A stretch of DNA of 63,219 bases, counting the filler, from Octopus bimaculoides (taxonomy: Eukaryota): the NCBI RefSeq assembly GCF_001194135.2. It is 6 parts of 5 records of this genome, joined end to end, with 100 filler letters (N's around TTAATTAATTAA, not from the genome) between each part and the next. Parts side by side here need not be neighbours in the genome. Positions count along the whole stretch, not along the records: positions 11,184 to 32,545 come from NC_068996.1; 5 more parts are not named here. The stretch is one strand, 5' to 3'. Below the pieces are notes generated by a model that was given only the letters and a program-made list of their open reading frames with translations, had not been told where the DNA came from and made no database searches. The number at the start of each line of letters is the position of its first letter. The first letter of the stretch is position 1. The position numbers were made by a program, and so were the translations under genes. Of the stretch, positions 11,185-25,067 are shown one piece after another.

Positions 11185-11780
11185 TCCCCTAACCACACCC
11201 CTTTCCTCCTCCTTTACCACCCCTCCACCCTACCCCTTCGTCGGAGGATCCTACAGGCCTTCCATCGTCTCCAGCTAGACCCACCACCCATCCCATTTTC
11301 CCAACCCACCCTTGCCCTCCTTTAAACGCGCTCGTAACCTATGCGATCTACTGGTCTGTAGCACCTTCCCTTCTCCCCTCCCAGTCCCACCCGGATCCTT
11401 CCTTGCTCTAGATCCCGCTGTCACACCAACCCTACCTCCCTCACTGTATCCAACCAGTACACCCTCCACATTAGAAACTCCTTCTCCTGCACCTCTTCAA
11501 GCCTTAGCTATTGCATTAGATGTAATCTCTGCAATAAATTCTACGTTAGTCAGCTGGCCGACCAGTTCACCGAACATCCACAAGATGTTCGGCTACTCAC
11601 AAACATCCCTGTCGCCCGTCATTTCAGCTTGGTCAACCAGTCCACCTCTAATATCTCCGTTTTTGGCCTCGTCCTGCATCACGGATCCACACACTCTCCA
11701 CTCCGCCTGGAACAGCGTTACATTTTCAGTCTACAAACACAAATTCCTTTCGAATTCAACATAACCTCTTCCGCTTAACG
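11185..11780 (+). mobile_element. PLE GIY-YIG endonuclease remnant (same type as 1365-1810)
   Basis: Frameshifted reading: PSFKRARNLCDLLV...PGSFPCSRSRC...FSCTSSSLSYCIRCNLCNKFYV...PVARHF...LEQRYIFSLQT. Confidence 0.85.
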
Positions 11781-12124
11781 ACCGTCTCTACACCCTGCCC
11801 CACAAAAAGCAACTTTTTATTTTATTTTATTTTATTTATCTTATTTTATCCTCTCTTATACCCACTTACTTTTTTACAGTTACCCTTTTTTCAGTATTTT
11901 TATCGTCTTTCCGTCGAATTCTTTCAATTTTAATTGTATTAATTTTTTAATAATCGTATTAATTTTTATTTTATCCCTTTAATTTTAGTTTTTGAATTTT
12001 TTTATTATTTATTTTTTAATTTCGTTTGTTATTTTTGCATTTTTAATTCATTTTTTATTTTCCAGCTTGTACCCTTCCCCCTTTCCCCCTTTTTTATTGA
12101 TCTTATTTTATTATATTTCTATAT

Positions 12125-13330
12125 ACAGGAACACATACATACACACACGTACATATACACACACCGCACACATATACGCGCGCGCACACACATGAACGCA
12201 CATATACCTTACACATACCTCTCCCATACACCACACACATACACACAACACACATCCATGCACACACATACACACATACATGCACGCATATACACACATG
12301 CATACACACACTTACATACATACGCACACATGCGCATACACCCGCACACACACGCGCGCACGCACACTGAAACGCACATATACCTCCACACACATATACC
12401 TCCACACACACAACCCCACGCACACATACACGCACGCGCACACACATGAATGCACATACACTTCCCACACTCACCACACACAACACGCACATACATGCAC
12501 ACACACAACACACACATACATACGCGCAGACACACATACACATACATGTGCGCGCACACACACACACACACGTACACACGCACACGCAAACATACCCACA
12601 CGCGCGCGTATACACGCACAGGAATGCACACATACCTAACACACATCCCCATGCACACACACATACACACACACGTACACTCGTACACACAACTACACGC
12701 ACATACACACACGCACACTCACATACACGTACGCGCACACACGCACAAGAATGCACTGATATCTCCACACACACAACCCCACGTACACACACACATGCAC
12801 ACACATATACACACGCACACACATATGCACACGCACCACACATACACAACACCACCTACACACACATATAAACACGCACATATACACACGCACATATACA
12901 CACGCACACGCACACAGGAACGCACATATATCTCTACGCACACAACCCCACGCACACATATACACACACGCACATACACACGTACACTCATACACATACA
13001 CACGCACACACACACAGACGCATGCATACACCACACAAAAAACACATGCAACATATACATACACGCAGACACATACTTCAAACTGCCAGTCAAACACCTT
13101 TCTACTGGCCATTCCTCTTCGCACATGTGAAGAGACACACAACTACACAAAGGACCACCACTCCTGTTACTACGCTGCTGAATTCTTCCTACAACATTGA
13201 GACATAAAGTTCACTCACACATACACATATAAACAGCCAACACCACACACACATCATACATACATACACAGAGACTTGCGCGCACGCACATACCCACACA
13301 TACATACACATACCGCCTTGTCTTACACTC
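12125..13330. repeat. Degenerate (CA)/(TA)/(CG) compound microsatellite with recurring ~60-bp sub-blocks
   Basis: Blocks such as atatacctccacacacacaaccccacgcacacatac recur near 12190, 12380-12450, 12755 and 12925. Confidence 0.85.
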
Positions 13331-13575
13331 TCCTATCTTAGAAGGAACTTTTTCCTCACACATTCCCTTCAGGTCATTTCAAAATGTAACTACATGTGAA
13401 TCGTTGGCAATTTTTTTCCTCCGTCTTCCTTTTCTCTTGGACTTTCCTGTCTCCTGTTTCTAAAGAAGAGCTTTGCTCGAAACATTAAACCACCTTTCTT
13501 TCTTTCCTTCCCTGAGCGTCTGCTAATACTTTGCATGTACCATGTCCTTGCGTTGTTGTTTTTTTCTTGTATTTG
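13310..13575 (+). mobile_element. Probable PLE terminal (pLTR-like) repeat with degenerate hammerhead-like core
   Basis: CTAAAGAAGAGC-TTT-GCTCGAAAC at 13460-13483; a related motif is on the minus strand at 56645-56669. Confidence 0.4.
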
Positions 13576-13772
13576 TTCTTCGTTTGGGGGGGGGGGCTAT
13601 ATATATATGTGTGTACGTATTTATGTGTGTGTATATACATATATGCATACATACACATGAAAGGTATTAGTATTCAGAAGACCCCAAAATGGCTGGTAAG
13701 GCTATGTAAGTGCTACGGGAGGACCGTAGTTAGAGTCTCGGTTTGATAATAATACGAGTGAGGAGTCTGAAC

Positions 13773-14135
13773 ATATGTTAAATAAAATGAGACAACAAAA
13801 CCAAGGAATCTACATACCATGGACAAGAAGCATTTCTACCCATTCTACATAGCACTTTCCTTGGATAATGGACCTGCAACCGTAACATCCTACATATATT
13901 TTTACTTTTATTTTTATTCTCTTATTTCCCTCTATACTTCCTATATCCATCCTTTCCCAAAATAACTCCTTATATTGAACTCTACTATTTCCCTCTAGTT
14001 AACTCTCTCATATCGTACCTGATGAAGGGATATCCCTAATATCCCAGAAACAGTTGTAAGACTACCTTTCTCTTTATAAATGTCCTCTAAATTCCACACA
14101 GCCTTGGTTTTGTTGTCTTATTTTATTTAACATAT
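13773..14135 (+). mobile_element. 363-bp fold-back element with 34-bp terminal inverted repeats and an internal hammerhead-like motif
   Basis: 13773-13806 atatgttaaataaaatgagacaacaaaaccaagg is the reverse complement of 14102-14135 with 1 mismatch. Confidence 0.75.
14013..14062 (+). ncRNA. Type-I hammerhead ribozyme-like motif
   Basis: CTGATGA (14019)-A-GGGATA...TATCCC-A-GAAAC-AGTT-GTA (14058); helix I is partly decayed. Confidence 0.5.
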
Positions 14136-14153
14136 ACATATATACATACATAC

Positions 14154-14191
<38 letters not shown>

Positions 14192-14650
14192 NNNNNNNNN
14201 NNNNNNNNNNNNNNNNNNNNNNNNNNNNNNNNNNNNNNNNNNNNNNNNNNNNNNNNNNNNNNNNCACATGGCATAACATTTTAGAGAAAGTAGTGTTATA
14301 ATCGATCACAGTACTTGATTGCTAATTTATTTGTTTGGAGGCGAATGAGAAATAAAGCTGGAAATTTGAACTCAAAATTATGCCTAATTCTTTGGGATCG
14401 TTAATGGAGCCATATCTGTTGCAAAGATTCGAGTCTGGTCTCCAGTCTGAAGATAATTTCTTTCCTTCCGTTCTTCCTTCCTTCCTTCCTTCCTTCCTTC
14501 CTTCCTTCCTTCCTTCTTTCCCTTCTTCCTTCCTCACGTCCTTCCTTCCTTCTTCTCTCTCTCCCTCCCTCCATCCTTTCCTTCTTCCACATTCATATAT
14601 GTGTATACATATACTTATACAGATGTATAGATGTGCATATATAAGGATAT

Positions 14651-14685
<35 letters not shown>

Positions 14686-14733
14686 GTATATATATATACA
14701 TGTATATACACACTTATATACACACACACATAC

Positions 14734-14768
<35 letters not shown>

Positions 14769-15272
14769 TGTACGTATGTATGTATGTATGTACGTATGTA
14801 TGTATGCTACGTTTAGAAATACATCTATCTCCGGTATTCTGGAAATGCAGAAATCATCATTACATTTCACTACTTTTGTTTCTACAAGTCCGCTGCCAAA
14901 TTGCCTTTTTCCGTTTGCCAGCTTTGGAATTCCTTGTATTTAAGCTATCAGTCCTCACAACCCACACCCAGCTCAGCAAATCTTTCTCCGGCATCAATCA
15001 TAATTCTGCACAGGAATCACTCATGGCACATTAATTTCACCACGTACCGCCTAAATCTCAATAGGTTTTCCCCCATGTAATATTCTGCTGTTTAACGCAT
15101 CATTTAAAAACACTTTTGATGTCACGATCTTCATTCTCTTTAATCTAGACAACTTCGGTCTTTCAACTCTCTCTCTGTCTCCTTCCTTCCTTTTCCTTCT
15201 CTTTCGTTCCTTCTTTCTTTCTTCATTCCTTCCTTTTTCCTTTCTTTCTCTTTCTTTCCGTTTTTTTTTTTT

Positions 15273-15605
15273 CAATTTCTTTCTCTTTCTCGTTCTTTCA
15301 TTCTGTCTCTTTCTTTCTGTTTCGTTTTCGTTTTTTTTTCAATTTCTTTCTCTTTCTCGTTCTTTCATTCTGTCTCTTTCTTTCTGTTTCGTTTTCGTTG
15401 TTTTTTTAATTTCTTTCTCTTTCTCGTTCTTTCATTCTGTCTCTTTCTTTCTGTTTCGTTTTGTTTGTTTTTTTCAATTTCTTTCTCTTTCTCGTTCTTT
15501 CATTCTGTCTCTTTCTTTCTGTTTCGTTTTCGTTTTTTTTTTCAATTTCTTTCTCTTTCTCGTTCTTTCATTCTGTCTCTTTCTTTCGGTTTCGTTTTCT
15601 TTTTT
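15273..15605. repeat. ~67-bp polypyrimidine minisatellite, about 5 copies
   Basis: The unit (c)aatttctttctctttctcgttctttcattctgtctctttctttctgtttcgttttcgttttttt starts at about 15273, 15340, 15408, 15475 and 15543. Confidence 0.9.
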
Positions 15606-17443
15606 CTTTCTGTTTATTGTCTCATTTATTCTACCTTCTGTTCCTTTTATTTTCTTTCTTCCTTCTTCCCTTCACCCCTTCGCCCAGTCATTCCTTCAAA
15701 TTTTTTCTTTCTCATGAGTGTATTTTTAAAAAATGATTTGCTATTCATCTATTTACCTAGATATTCTTCTATCAACTTATCTTTTTTTCATTTTTCATTT
15801 CTCTTCCCATTCTGTTGAAGATATCGTGAGTATATTGAGCCCTTTGTAAATTCGGAACATTGAGATACCCGATGAAACGTTTATCTCATCACTCGGGGCC
15901 AGAGCAACTGAGTCGTAGGGGTGATGTTAAGTGTTGAACACAATTCAGAGTTTTTTTATGGGAAGATGTTTCGAAAAACGTCAGACCTCCCCACCCCACT
16001 ACTCAAAAGATATAGTTTTCCCGAAAAAATTATTTACTCTAACTCTATTTACTAAAATCATTTACTCTAATGTTGTTAAATTTCGAGTTGATTCAACGAT
16101 ATTTTAAATTTCAAATTCAAAGTAAGCGGTGGGTTGATAGAATTGTTACAGGGAGGGGAAAACTGCTCGCAGTAGTAAATTACGGTCATTTGTCTTTTAA
16201 TTTCAAGTCACGCTTTGGTCAACTTTACCTTTCTTCCCTTTCGAGGTCAATAAAGGAATGTGCCATTTGAGTACTGCGATCGATTTGGTATAGTTAGTAA
16301 AGTCATTGAAGCCACAAACAGTGACGAACAAAGTTTGAGTCAGCAGAACAGATCAGAGATAATGAAATTCTTTGAAGCAGGAAAGTAAGCAGCGATATGT
16401 TGTGTAAGGTGTCAATATATGTAGACAGTTCTCATTATCATAATTTGGTAATCCCAGTCATGACAGATACCATAATTAGCAAAGTTTACGATCTTCTATT
16501 ACTATACCAAAATCTCGCAGTTCATATCCCGAGTTCTCTGGCAATGACATCTGGATAAAAAATCTTGGGACTTTTTCCCACCAAAGGACCAAGATCAGCA
16601 ACAGATGAATGACGATACTAGCTAATCTTTTATTCTATAGCAGTGTCAAGCAAACTGTACACACTGTTTATGACATGAGCTGTAGTTGACCTCTACATAC
16701 ACAGCTATGTTTCGAGAGTTGTTGAAATAGGGTTTGACTGATATCCTCACACAATCATAGCTTCACCGAGGGCCGCCATGTGTAGTATTTGTTTTGCTAT
16801 TTCTGATGTTGCTTAAATGTTTCACTTGTTTGTTGTATAGAATATGTGCTGTTTTATGTTGTTGTGTTTATTTTGTTGCAGTTTCTGTTATGCTGAGTGA
16901 TGCACTGTGTGAGTTGTGTTAAAATATCATCGGATGTCCTGTATATATATATATATTGGGGAGTAACACTTTAGCGTTTGAAGCTGTTGAATTTGTTCCA
17001 ATTTATAAAAATTTACTTTCTAAATCATTCGACACGAGCTAAGATCTTACTGTTTTTGTTTTTGTTTTTTTGGGATTTTTTGGAATTTGTGTTATAATGC
17101 TTAATGAAACAGTTTGAAGTTTTCAAATTATCTACTTTCTCACTCTAACACTGTCTCTACTTAGTTGTTCTATCTTTTGTATTTGATAATTTATTCTGCT
17201 TAACTAATCTTATTTTACATATAATAAAATGCAATGTGATTCAAATTGACCCTTCTGGCAGAGGGAAACTAAAAGAACAAACGGAGTGGGAGTAAGTGAC
17301 ACTCAGAGATGCTTAATGCAGGTGAACTACGGTGAGGAGATTTACTCAGAACACGTTCTGCAAATCTTTATCGTAAATAACATGCACTTTAATAATTTCA
17401 CACACATATTCATAAATATACATTAATGTGCTTGGGGAGAGAG

Positions 17444-17535
<92 letters not shown>

Positions 17536-18804
17536 TGGATTTAGTAGACGGAAACTGAAAGAAGACTATCATGTATATACCTGTGTGTGTTTGTACCTGT
17601 GATTTCCCCCACCATCACCATCATCGCTTGACTTGTTTATGTCCCCATAATTTAGCGATTCAGCAAAAGAGACCGATAGAGGTAGATAAGTATNNNNNNN
17701 NNNNNNNNNNNNNNNNNNNNNNNNNNNNNNNNNNNNNNNNNNNNNNNNNNNNNNNNNNNNNNNNNNNNNNNNNNNNNNNNNNNNNNNNNNNNNNNNNNNN
17801 NNNNNNNNNNNNNNNNNNNNNNNNNNNNNNNNNNNNNNNNNNNNNNNNNNNNNNNNNNNNNNNNNNNNNNNNNNNNNNNNNNNNNNNNNNNNNNNNNNNN
17901 NNNNNNNNNNNNNNNNNNNNNNNNNNNNNNNNNNNNNNNNNNNNNNNNNNNNNNNNNNNNNNNNNNNNNNNNNTTATATATATATACACACATATTTATA
18001 TATGTATATGTATATATACAGATATATACATGGTTGCACCAACAATCAACTCAATGTGTGTGTGGGTGTGTGAAGGGTTCCTCCCATTGTCTTGGTGCGC
18101 CATTTTCCATCATTAATAGAAGTGTCGACATCTTTGACATCGTGTTTGTTGACTGGATTGTGTCGAGTTTGTGTTATATGAACTGTGATGTGGTATCGCA
18201 TAGCGATTGTGCAGTACGCACGGGATGATGAATTTGAATTTGTAGAATATGTTGTGTAACATACATGCTTAGAAAGTTGATGAGATCTGTTTATGGTGGT
18301 GGGGCGGTGTATTTTTTATTTTATTTTTTTGCGTGGGTATGAACTGCAAATTTATAAGTCTTTGTATCGTTTTCAATGCTTTTGTTGGTGGCCGTTACTC
18401 GCCGTCCGAAACGCAATGAACTAGTGAATGGCACGTTCGAAATCTATAACCAAAAAACGTGATATGAAATCAAAGATACACTATTAGTAGCATTATTTTT
18501 AGTGGTGCCATTTTTATTTTTATACCCAATACTGTTAATATCTATTTCAATATCCTTATAATTTGATAGATTTTACTTTTTTTCACACGATATTTTAGGC
18601 AGAAGTGATTTCTATTAGAGTACATATATTTTTCATTTCTGTCCTTCGTTAAGACATCTCGGTAGTTTGGACAGACATGTTTCTGATTATTTCAGCCAGA
18701 GAATCTTTGTCGAAAGGTCAGAATGTAGTATTATATGGTCAAATATTTCTTTGTACTAATTGAATATTGTGAAGTTAATATTAGCCATTAGTTTCGTTAT
18801 TTTA

Positions 18805-18867
<63 letters not shown>

Positions 18868-20739
18868 NNNNNNNNNNNNNNNNNNNNNNNNNNNNNNNNN
18901 NNNNNNNNNNNNNNNNNNNNNNNNNNNNNNNNNNNNNNNNNNNNNNNNNNNNNNNNNNNNNNNNNNNNNNNNNNNNNNNNNNNNNNNNNNNNNNNNNNNN
19001 NNNNNNNNNNNNNNNNNNNNNNNNNNNNNNNNNNNNNNNNNNNNNNNNNNNNNNNNNNNNNNNNNNNNNNNNNNNNNNNNNNNNNNNNNNNNNNNNNNNN
19101 NNNNNNNNNNNNNNNNNNNNNNNNNNNNNNNNNNNNNNNNNNNNNNNNNNNNNNNNNNNNNNNNNNNNNNNNNNNNNNNNNAGTCAGACATTCTGCTTCT
19201 GCTTCTATATGAAACTCTTTCAGCTATTGGTTTCCACACTAACTTACTTCCTCTCGAATCTTGCAAAAAATATGGGATAAGGAGAGGTTATTTTTCCCCT
19301 TCATTTTCTCTTTCATTCGATATATTTTAGATTTCATTTTCGATTTACCTTTTTTTCCTCCTATTCTGCTGTGTTTTATTATTTGTTGTTTTTTTCAGTA
19401 GTTTTTACTTTTATGTAAACTTTCACTGCGCGATGTACAGTTATGTACATCTTATTATGTGCAGTATTTTGTTTGTGGTTTGTATTTTCTATTGTACTAA
19501 AATACTTCCTGTAATACGTATGCAGTCACTAGATGTGCTATTTTTGTATATTTGTAAATCTTGGTGTTTTTGATGGTGTATTCTCTTGTTTTAGAGTTCG
19601 GTTTTGTTGTATTTTGTAATTTATTTGTTTCACAAGTGTTAGGTCTATCTTTCTGATTTATGTTCTATTTTTTTATGTTTGGTAGGTGTTTTTTGCTAGT
19701 TTTCTTGGGTGTTTTTCTTGTATATTTTTGAAGTACTTTTTTTATTTCAGATTTTTGAGAAATGGAAGTTGTTTTTGTTTTGCGTTTTTTGATTTGTTTT
19801 TATTTGCTTGGTTGGTCTTTTTCACTTTGAATATATATAATCTTAAATTAGCATGTCAGTTGGGTCTCAACAAAAGATTATTTTCTTTTCTAATAATATG
19901 TGAGAAAATGTGAGTGGGGTACAGTGTGACTTTAAAACAAATAATTAGAAATATATTCCTTTCATGTTCACTAATGTAATTTGTGTTTTATTTGCGGGAC
20001 TTAAGGAGCAAAGTCCAGCCTTTCATCTAGATTGTTATAACTTTCATCGAGTTTATTAGTTCAATTTTTGTATTTTTTAAGAATTAGAATAAAGAACGCA
20101 TTATCTGGTTAACTTTAGGCTTATAGATGAGGTTTTATTTGTATTGTCATTTTTTTCTGAGATGTTATAGAATCAGTTTGGTACTGATATGAATTATACT
20201 CAGCTCATATACAAGTTTGGAATTTCTCAGTATGCTTATTAGTGGAATGAACACATTGACAAAAAGTAATGGGGAGATCGAGTCTCCCTCTAAAATACCC
20301 CCCTTCGTATTTTCATACTTCCTAATGATTCACTTCCGCATTTTAGTTCTTCTTCCCGTGATCTCATTGCTTTCTCTATAAAAAAAAAATAGAGAAGAAA
20401 ATGTTAATCTTCTCATTGACTCCGAGTATCTTCAGGCATAAATTATCGTATGCTTTCTTGTAGTCTATCCTATCAACAGCTAACAGTTTCCCGTTTCAAC
20501 TTTTTTCGACTAACAGTTTCGACTTTTTTCTGTAGACCTTTTTTTTCCTAGCAAAAGATTCTCCTTCTCCAGAAGTTATACACTTCATCTACAATAACCT
20601 CCGGAGTAAAGGTAAGTATGCGAAAAACCTATAATTATTTACTGCTTCTCCGTTTTCTGTCCTTCTGTTTCCCCATTATCCTTCTTTTGTCATTCATGCT
20701 TATGTTTTGTTTTCTATACTGTCAGCAAAAAACGGTTGC

Positions 20740-22470
20740 ATGTAGCTGGGCATGCTTGAGAGATGTTTAAGCCAGAATAGTGTCCAAGAGCTTTCCAAAT
20801 GGGCATCTTCTTGAGCATCTTTGTCGCTTTTTCTTGTCCTATTTATATTCTCTTGTTTGTCTCTATTTTCACTGTGAAGGAGTCGTGGATTGGACAAAGA
20901 AGGAACTGGTAAGCATGGATAGATAATGGCCATGCATGGGTGCCTTCATACAAGAAATAACATAGCAAGGCTTTATCTACATAGGAAGGGAAGTGGAAGA
21001 GGATTGGCTAAAAAAGAGATTGTGAAGGAAATCAAGTCCTGACATGCCTATCTTAGGAATAGTGACGAAAGAATATTGCAGGCCGCACTGAGTGACAAGG
21101 TGGTCAGTGATAATGATGAGACCCTATAGGAGAACGAGATGAGAAATAATGAAGAAAGATCATCAACTGGAAAGAGAAAGTTTTTCCAACAAACATCGGA
21201 TGAAGCTGATGAAGAATCTTGGAGATGACTAAAAGATTGATTTTTTATGAAGTACCACACCTCCAGCCCGAGCATCGATGCTTCTAATCAGGTTTCCTCC
21301 TCCAGCTTGAATCTACATAGCTTTCTTCATTCTTTTGGTATATTCAGAAGAAATTTTTTCCTTCATCTTGGTGTTCATCATCTGGCCTAATTGTAAAATA
21401 CAAAGATACTTGTAATCTTCTCTGTTCACTTCTCTTATACACTCATCAGCTGGAAGTTGTACTCTACTGCTACATATTTTTCATCCTCTGTTCAGTTCAG
21501 TAATGGAGCTTTTCTCTGGACCAAATGCCATCTGGATTTTTTGAGAGAAAATTTGTATAGCCTGAGTAAAGGAGTCCAGTTGATCTCTGCTAGCTCTGTA
21601 AAGCTTTAAATCATCCATGAACAGCATGTGGTTAATTGGTCTCCTTCTTCTGCAGTTTGTAACCAGCTACCATCTTCAAAACTAGTGATAGCAGTAGCAT
21701 GCTAACAATAAACAACAGGTGTAACGCAGTGTCTCCTTGGAAGATTCCCCTGCTGATGCTGAATTGTCCAATTTCCCTTCCACCTACTATCAAAACTGTC
21801 TTCCAGTTACTCATACTGTTTCTGATTAAATAAATCATATTTTTCGCAGACCTTTCTTATTTATATGCTTCTCTTCACTTTGTCTGAGTCTCATATTTCC
21901 TCTCCTTATTTCTTCGATCTCACTTAAATCCTTTCATACATCAAAGAATTTAACTCCGTGATATCCTTAATTGGGAATCTCATAACAACTTCATTCGCTT
22001 TCCCGACATCTGATTTTAGCTTTGCTCTATCACGTAACTTCAATGATAGCAATATTTTCTTCAAGAAGCATTACTTCCAGAATTCTGTTGCGGGGAGGAG
22101 CTAGTTCTGGGCTAATGCCTTCTGGTGACACTCTAGTTTGAAGTACACTAAAATCTTCTATAGCGAGTACTTTTACTCTGTCCATGTCCAAGCTCAGTAG
22201 ATTCTCTTGTTCACAGGGTATTCCTTCTGAAACTGTAGTACCCTGCAGTTCCTTTCGCTCTGCGATTGTAATTTCCTCTTGTTCCATCTTTTCTATTCAC
22301 TTCCTGATCTTAATTTGTCTGATCCGATCAGCCTGATTTATTCCACTCACATCTTTCAGGTAATATTTTTTTTCCGAAACTCTGATAACCTTTTCCTGTA
22401 GCTTCGGTTCTCTGGCTCTTTCCTAATATAATTCGATGAACAATTTTTTGTACTCTTTTGCCCATATTAA
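20740..22470. mobile_element. Rearranged R4/Dong-like (RLE-type) non-LTR retrotransposon relic
   Basis: Minus 21840-21255 reads SRGIFQGD...INHMLFMDDLKL...YKYLCILQ...GGNLIRSI. Plus 20880-21240 reads VDWTKKEL...RLYLHRKGSGRGL...EESWR. Minus 20870-20740 reads KMPIWKA...FWLKHL (domain-0-like). Confidence 0.8.
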
Positions 22471-22675
22471 ACTCCTTTACAGTTGTGGGTCAGCAGTAGC
22501 TTGATTACGACCGGCTGCGCTGCCGGACGCGACACCTTCGCTAAAACATCCAGTCTCGTGGATGTTTTTAGGATTAGATTTTATTTCAGACATTTCTCTC
22601 ATGAATGAGGTGTATGTTTTAAGGTTCCACCACCCGGTAGTTAAATCAGGTCACCATCATAAAAAATGGAGGGGG

Positions 22676-22715
22676 GAGGAAGAAGAAGAAGAAGAAGAAG
22701 AAGAAGAAGAAGAAG

Positions 22716-22754
<39 letters not shown>

Positions 22755-22845
22755 AACAACAACAATAACAACAACAACAACAATAACAACAACAACAACA
22801 ATAACAACAACAATAACAACAACAACAATAGCAACAACAACAAAT
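22676..22845. repeat. (GAA)n(CAA)n compound trinucleotide microsatellite
   Basis: Directly visible. Confidence 0.95.
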
Positions 22846-23409
22846 AGCTCCGAGTTAAATAACAATGCGGGCGTACACCAAAAAGTTCTCTCCACAGAAC
22901 GAACTTAATCCAACAAAATCGATGAAATGGAAAGAAAACTTGGCAATAAATCTGAGAAGAATGTTCTTTTAAAGTAAGTGAACTAAAAAAAATTACTGTT
23001 AGATGAAATACAGTCTCTTCTATGCATATCTCGAAGCAACACGTGCAAAAAAAACCGAAATCAACATGAAGAACCTCGGGTTAAATCTGTTATATACACA
23101 GTAAGAACGTTAATTAATTAGTTACGCACTAGCAGTACCCATGAAAATTCTACCGTAAATACGAATTTTTTGGCTGGCTGGAAGTTTATATAGAACCATA
23201 AAAATAGTATTTCTTTTGAAATTATAAATTCTGCATAATTTTAGTTTAAAAATACTCTTCAGTTCTTCTGAGGGAGCATGACTTTCCCAATCTCTCTAAG
23301 AGCGTCACAATGATTACAGAGAATATTTACGTCACCAATGTTGTAACTTTCAATTATATGTTTACAGTTTTTTTACGTTCTCTGTATGGAAAACAGTTAA
23401 TCATCGCCT

Positions 23410-24245
23410 CTTCACTCGTGCAACAATCAAACAATTCAGTGATAGCATCATAGAGGAATCTAAGCTCGACAAATGCACCAAGGTTACATATACCAAAAGA
23501 ACACTATCAAGTACATGCAGCATTACCCTCTTTAGAGACACTGAAATTTAAAAAAAGAAATAGAGTTTCAGAGCAGTTATAAGTATCTCGGAGTATGAGA
23601 AAGAGATGGGATTAAGCACTTACTAATGAGAGAAAAGCTAAGGAAGGAGTGCAACTGAAGAGTAAGAGCCATTCTGAAAACTGAGATGAATGTCAGAAAC
23701 AAAATTAAGGCCATAAACACATTGAATATGCCTGTAATCATAGACAGCTTCAATATTATATACTGGTCCCTCTCTGAGATAAAAAAAAAAAGTTGATGTC
23801 AAAATGCAAAAATTCATGGCAATGCTTTGCATACATAACCCAAAAGCAGATACAGACTGAATGTAACTCTTGAATAAAGAAGGCAGTCGGGGGTTTATAC
23901 AATCTGACTCTCATTAAAAATTGCAACCGTAGGACTTTCTGCTTACCTACGACAAGCAAACAATTGGATGTTAAAGCTGGTTCTTGAAACATGATGATAC
24001 CAGAAAGTTACACTCGTGCCGAAAATCATAAAAATATACCTCCAAGAAATGCAACTAGACGAACCAGTACCCAAAGAAAATGTATCTCCAACAGACAAGG
24101 CAAAACAAAACAGCATCTAATATATTAAGGAGAAACGGAAGCAAAAGCCATTGCATGGCAAATATCCGATTAGAATCAGGGACCCTGATATAGATCAAGC
24201 CCTTACTCATCAATGGCTGCCATGCTCCGGTCTCAAACCCAAAAC
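23410..24245 (+). mobile_element. R4/Dong-like non-LTR retrotransposon fragment (post-RT region)
   Basis: Reads SYKYLGV...REKLRKEC...RVRAILKTEMNVRNKIKAINT...HNPKADTD...KQKPLHGKYP...THQWLPCSGLK, with stops and frameshifts. Confidence 0.8.
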
Positions 24246-25067
24246 TGGTAGAGTTTTTATTTTTAGATTGTCAAGTTCACTGTCAGAGTTTCCATGCTAA
24301 TGTAATTGAAACGCTGTCTGTGTTTCGTTTACATCAGCATATGGAGCAATTTCATCGAATGCTTCGCTTTGGATATTTGACTTGCCAAGTCCTACTTTCA
24401 GTGGAGTGATGTTTTATATCATTATTTGCATTGTTATTTGTATGACTATTAGTCTGAACACATAATTGAATCTGTTGGATATCCACGTCATTCAACGGCC
24501 TTTTCTTTATGATGTTCCTGAAAACATTAACTAATTTATAACCATGTTTGGACTATTGGTAGGGTTTTTCTTACTCCAGTTTAAGTATGTTTGTTTCATA
24601 TTTCATCTTCCTGTTGGAAAGTACATTGCAGTATAATAGGCTTCTTGACTGTCCTTTTTTTCTCAAGTCCATTTTGTCTTGTTTTAGCTGTGCCAGTTAA
24701 AGCAAATTTTTCGACCCCACATTGGTTTGATTCCGAGAGACCCGATCCATTTTTCTTCCGGGTGTCAATTGATCCGATATTCATTTTCATTATCAGGTAT
24801 TTCCGATACACTTGTATATTGTCTCTATCGCCAAGGGGATGCCTTTACAATAATCTTAATACGTGAGGTAATGAGAGGCAGAGAATCATGTCTTACCTTT
24901 CACTTTATCTCAGATTACTATCATTGTTTCTATATCCTTTTATTATATCATAATATTTCATAGCATTGTGTGAGTTTTTAGCATAAGATTTCATGGTTCA
25001 GCTACTTAAAATGCTTTCTGCTTGATTTTTTATGATGCCATTTGTACATAAAGTAGAAAGAGTAAAG

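Noticed and set aside
12103-13150. 150-250-aa Cys/Val- or His/Thr-rich ORFs (also 58218-58878, 51793-52392, 35298-35752, 44086-44577)
   Set aside because: They are translations of dinucleotide or trinucleotide microsatellites, with no domain content or splice support.
15273-15605. Regular repeat array as a possible CRISPR
   Set aside because: There are no unique spacers, the context is eukaryotic, and no cas genes are present.
18020-18290. Possible PLE N-terminal ORF remnant on the minus strand
   Set aside because: No diagnostic motif; the similarity is too weak to support by eye.
20590-20620. Plus-strand consensus donor AAAG|GTAAGT
   Set aside because: There is no associated ORF or convincing acceptor, and such motifs are expected by chance in 63 kb.
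24295-24365. Two opposed CT(A/G)ATGT...GAAAC motifs in an imperfect palindrome
   Set aside because: The cores deviate from CUGANGA and helix II is absent.
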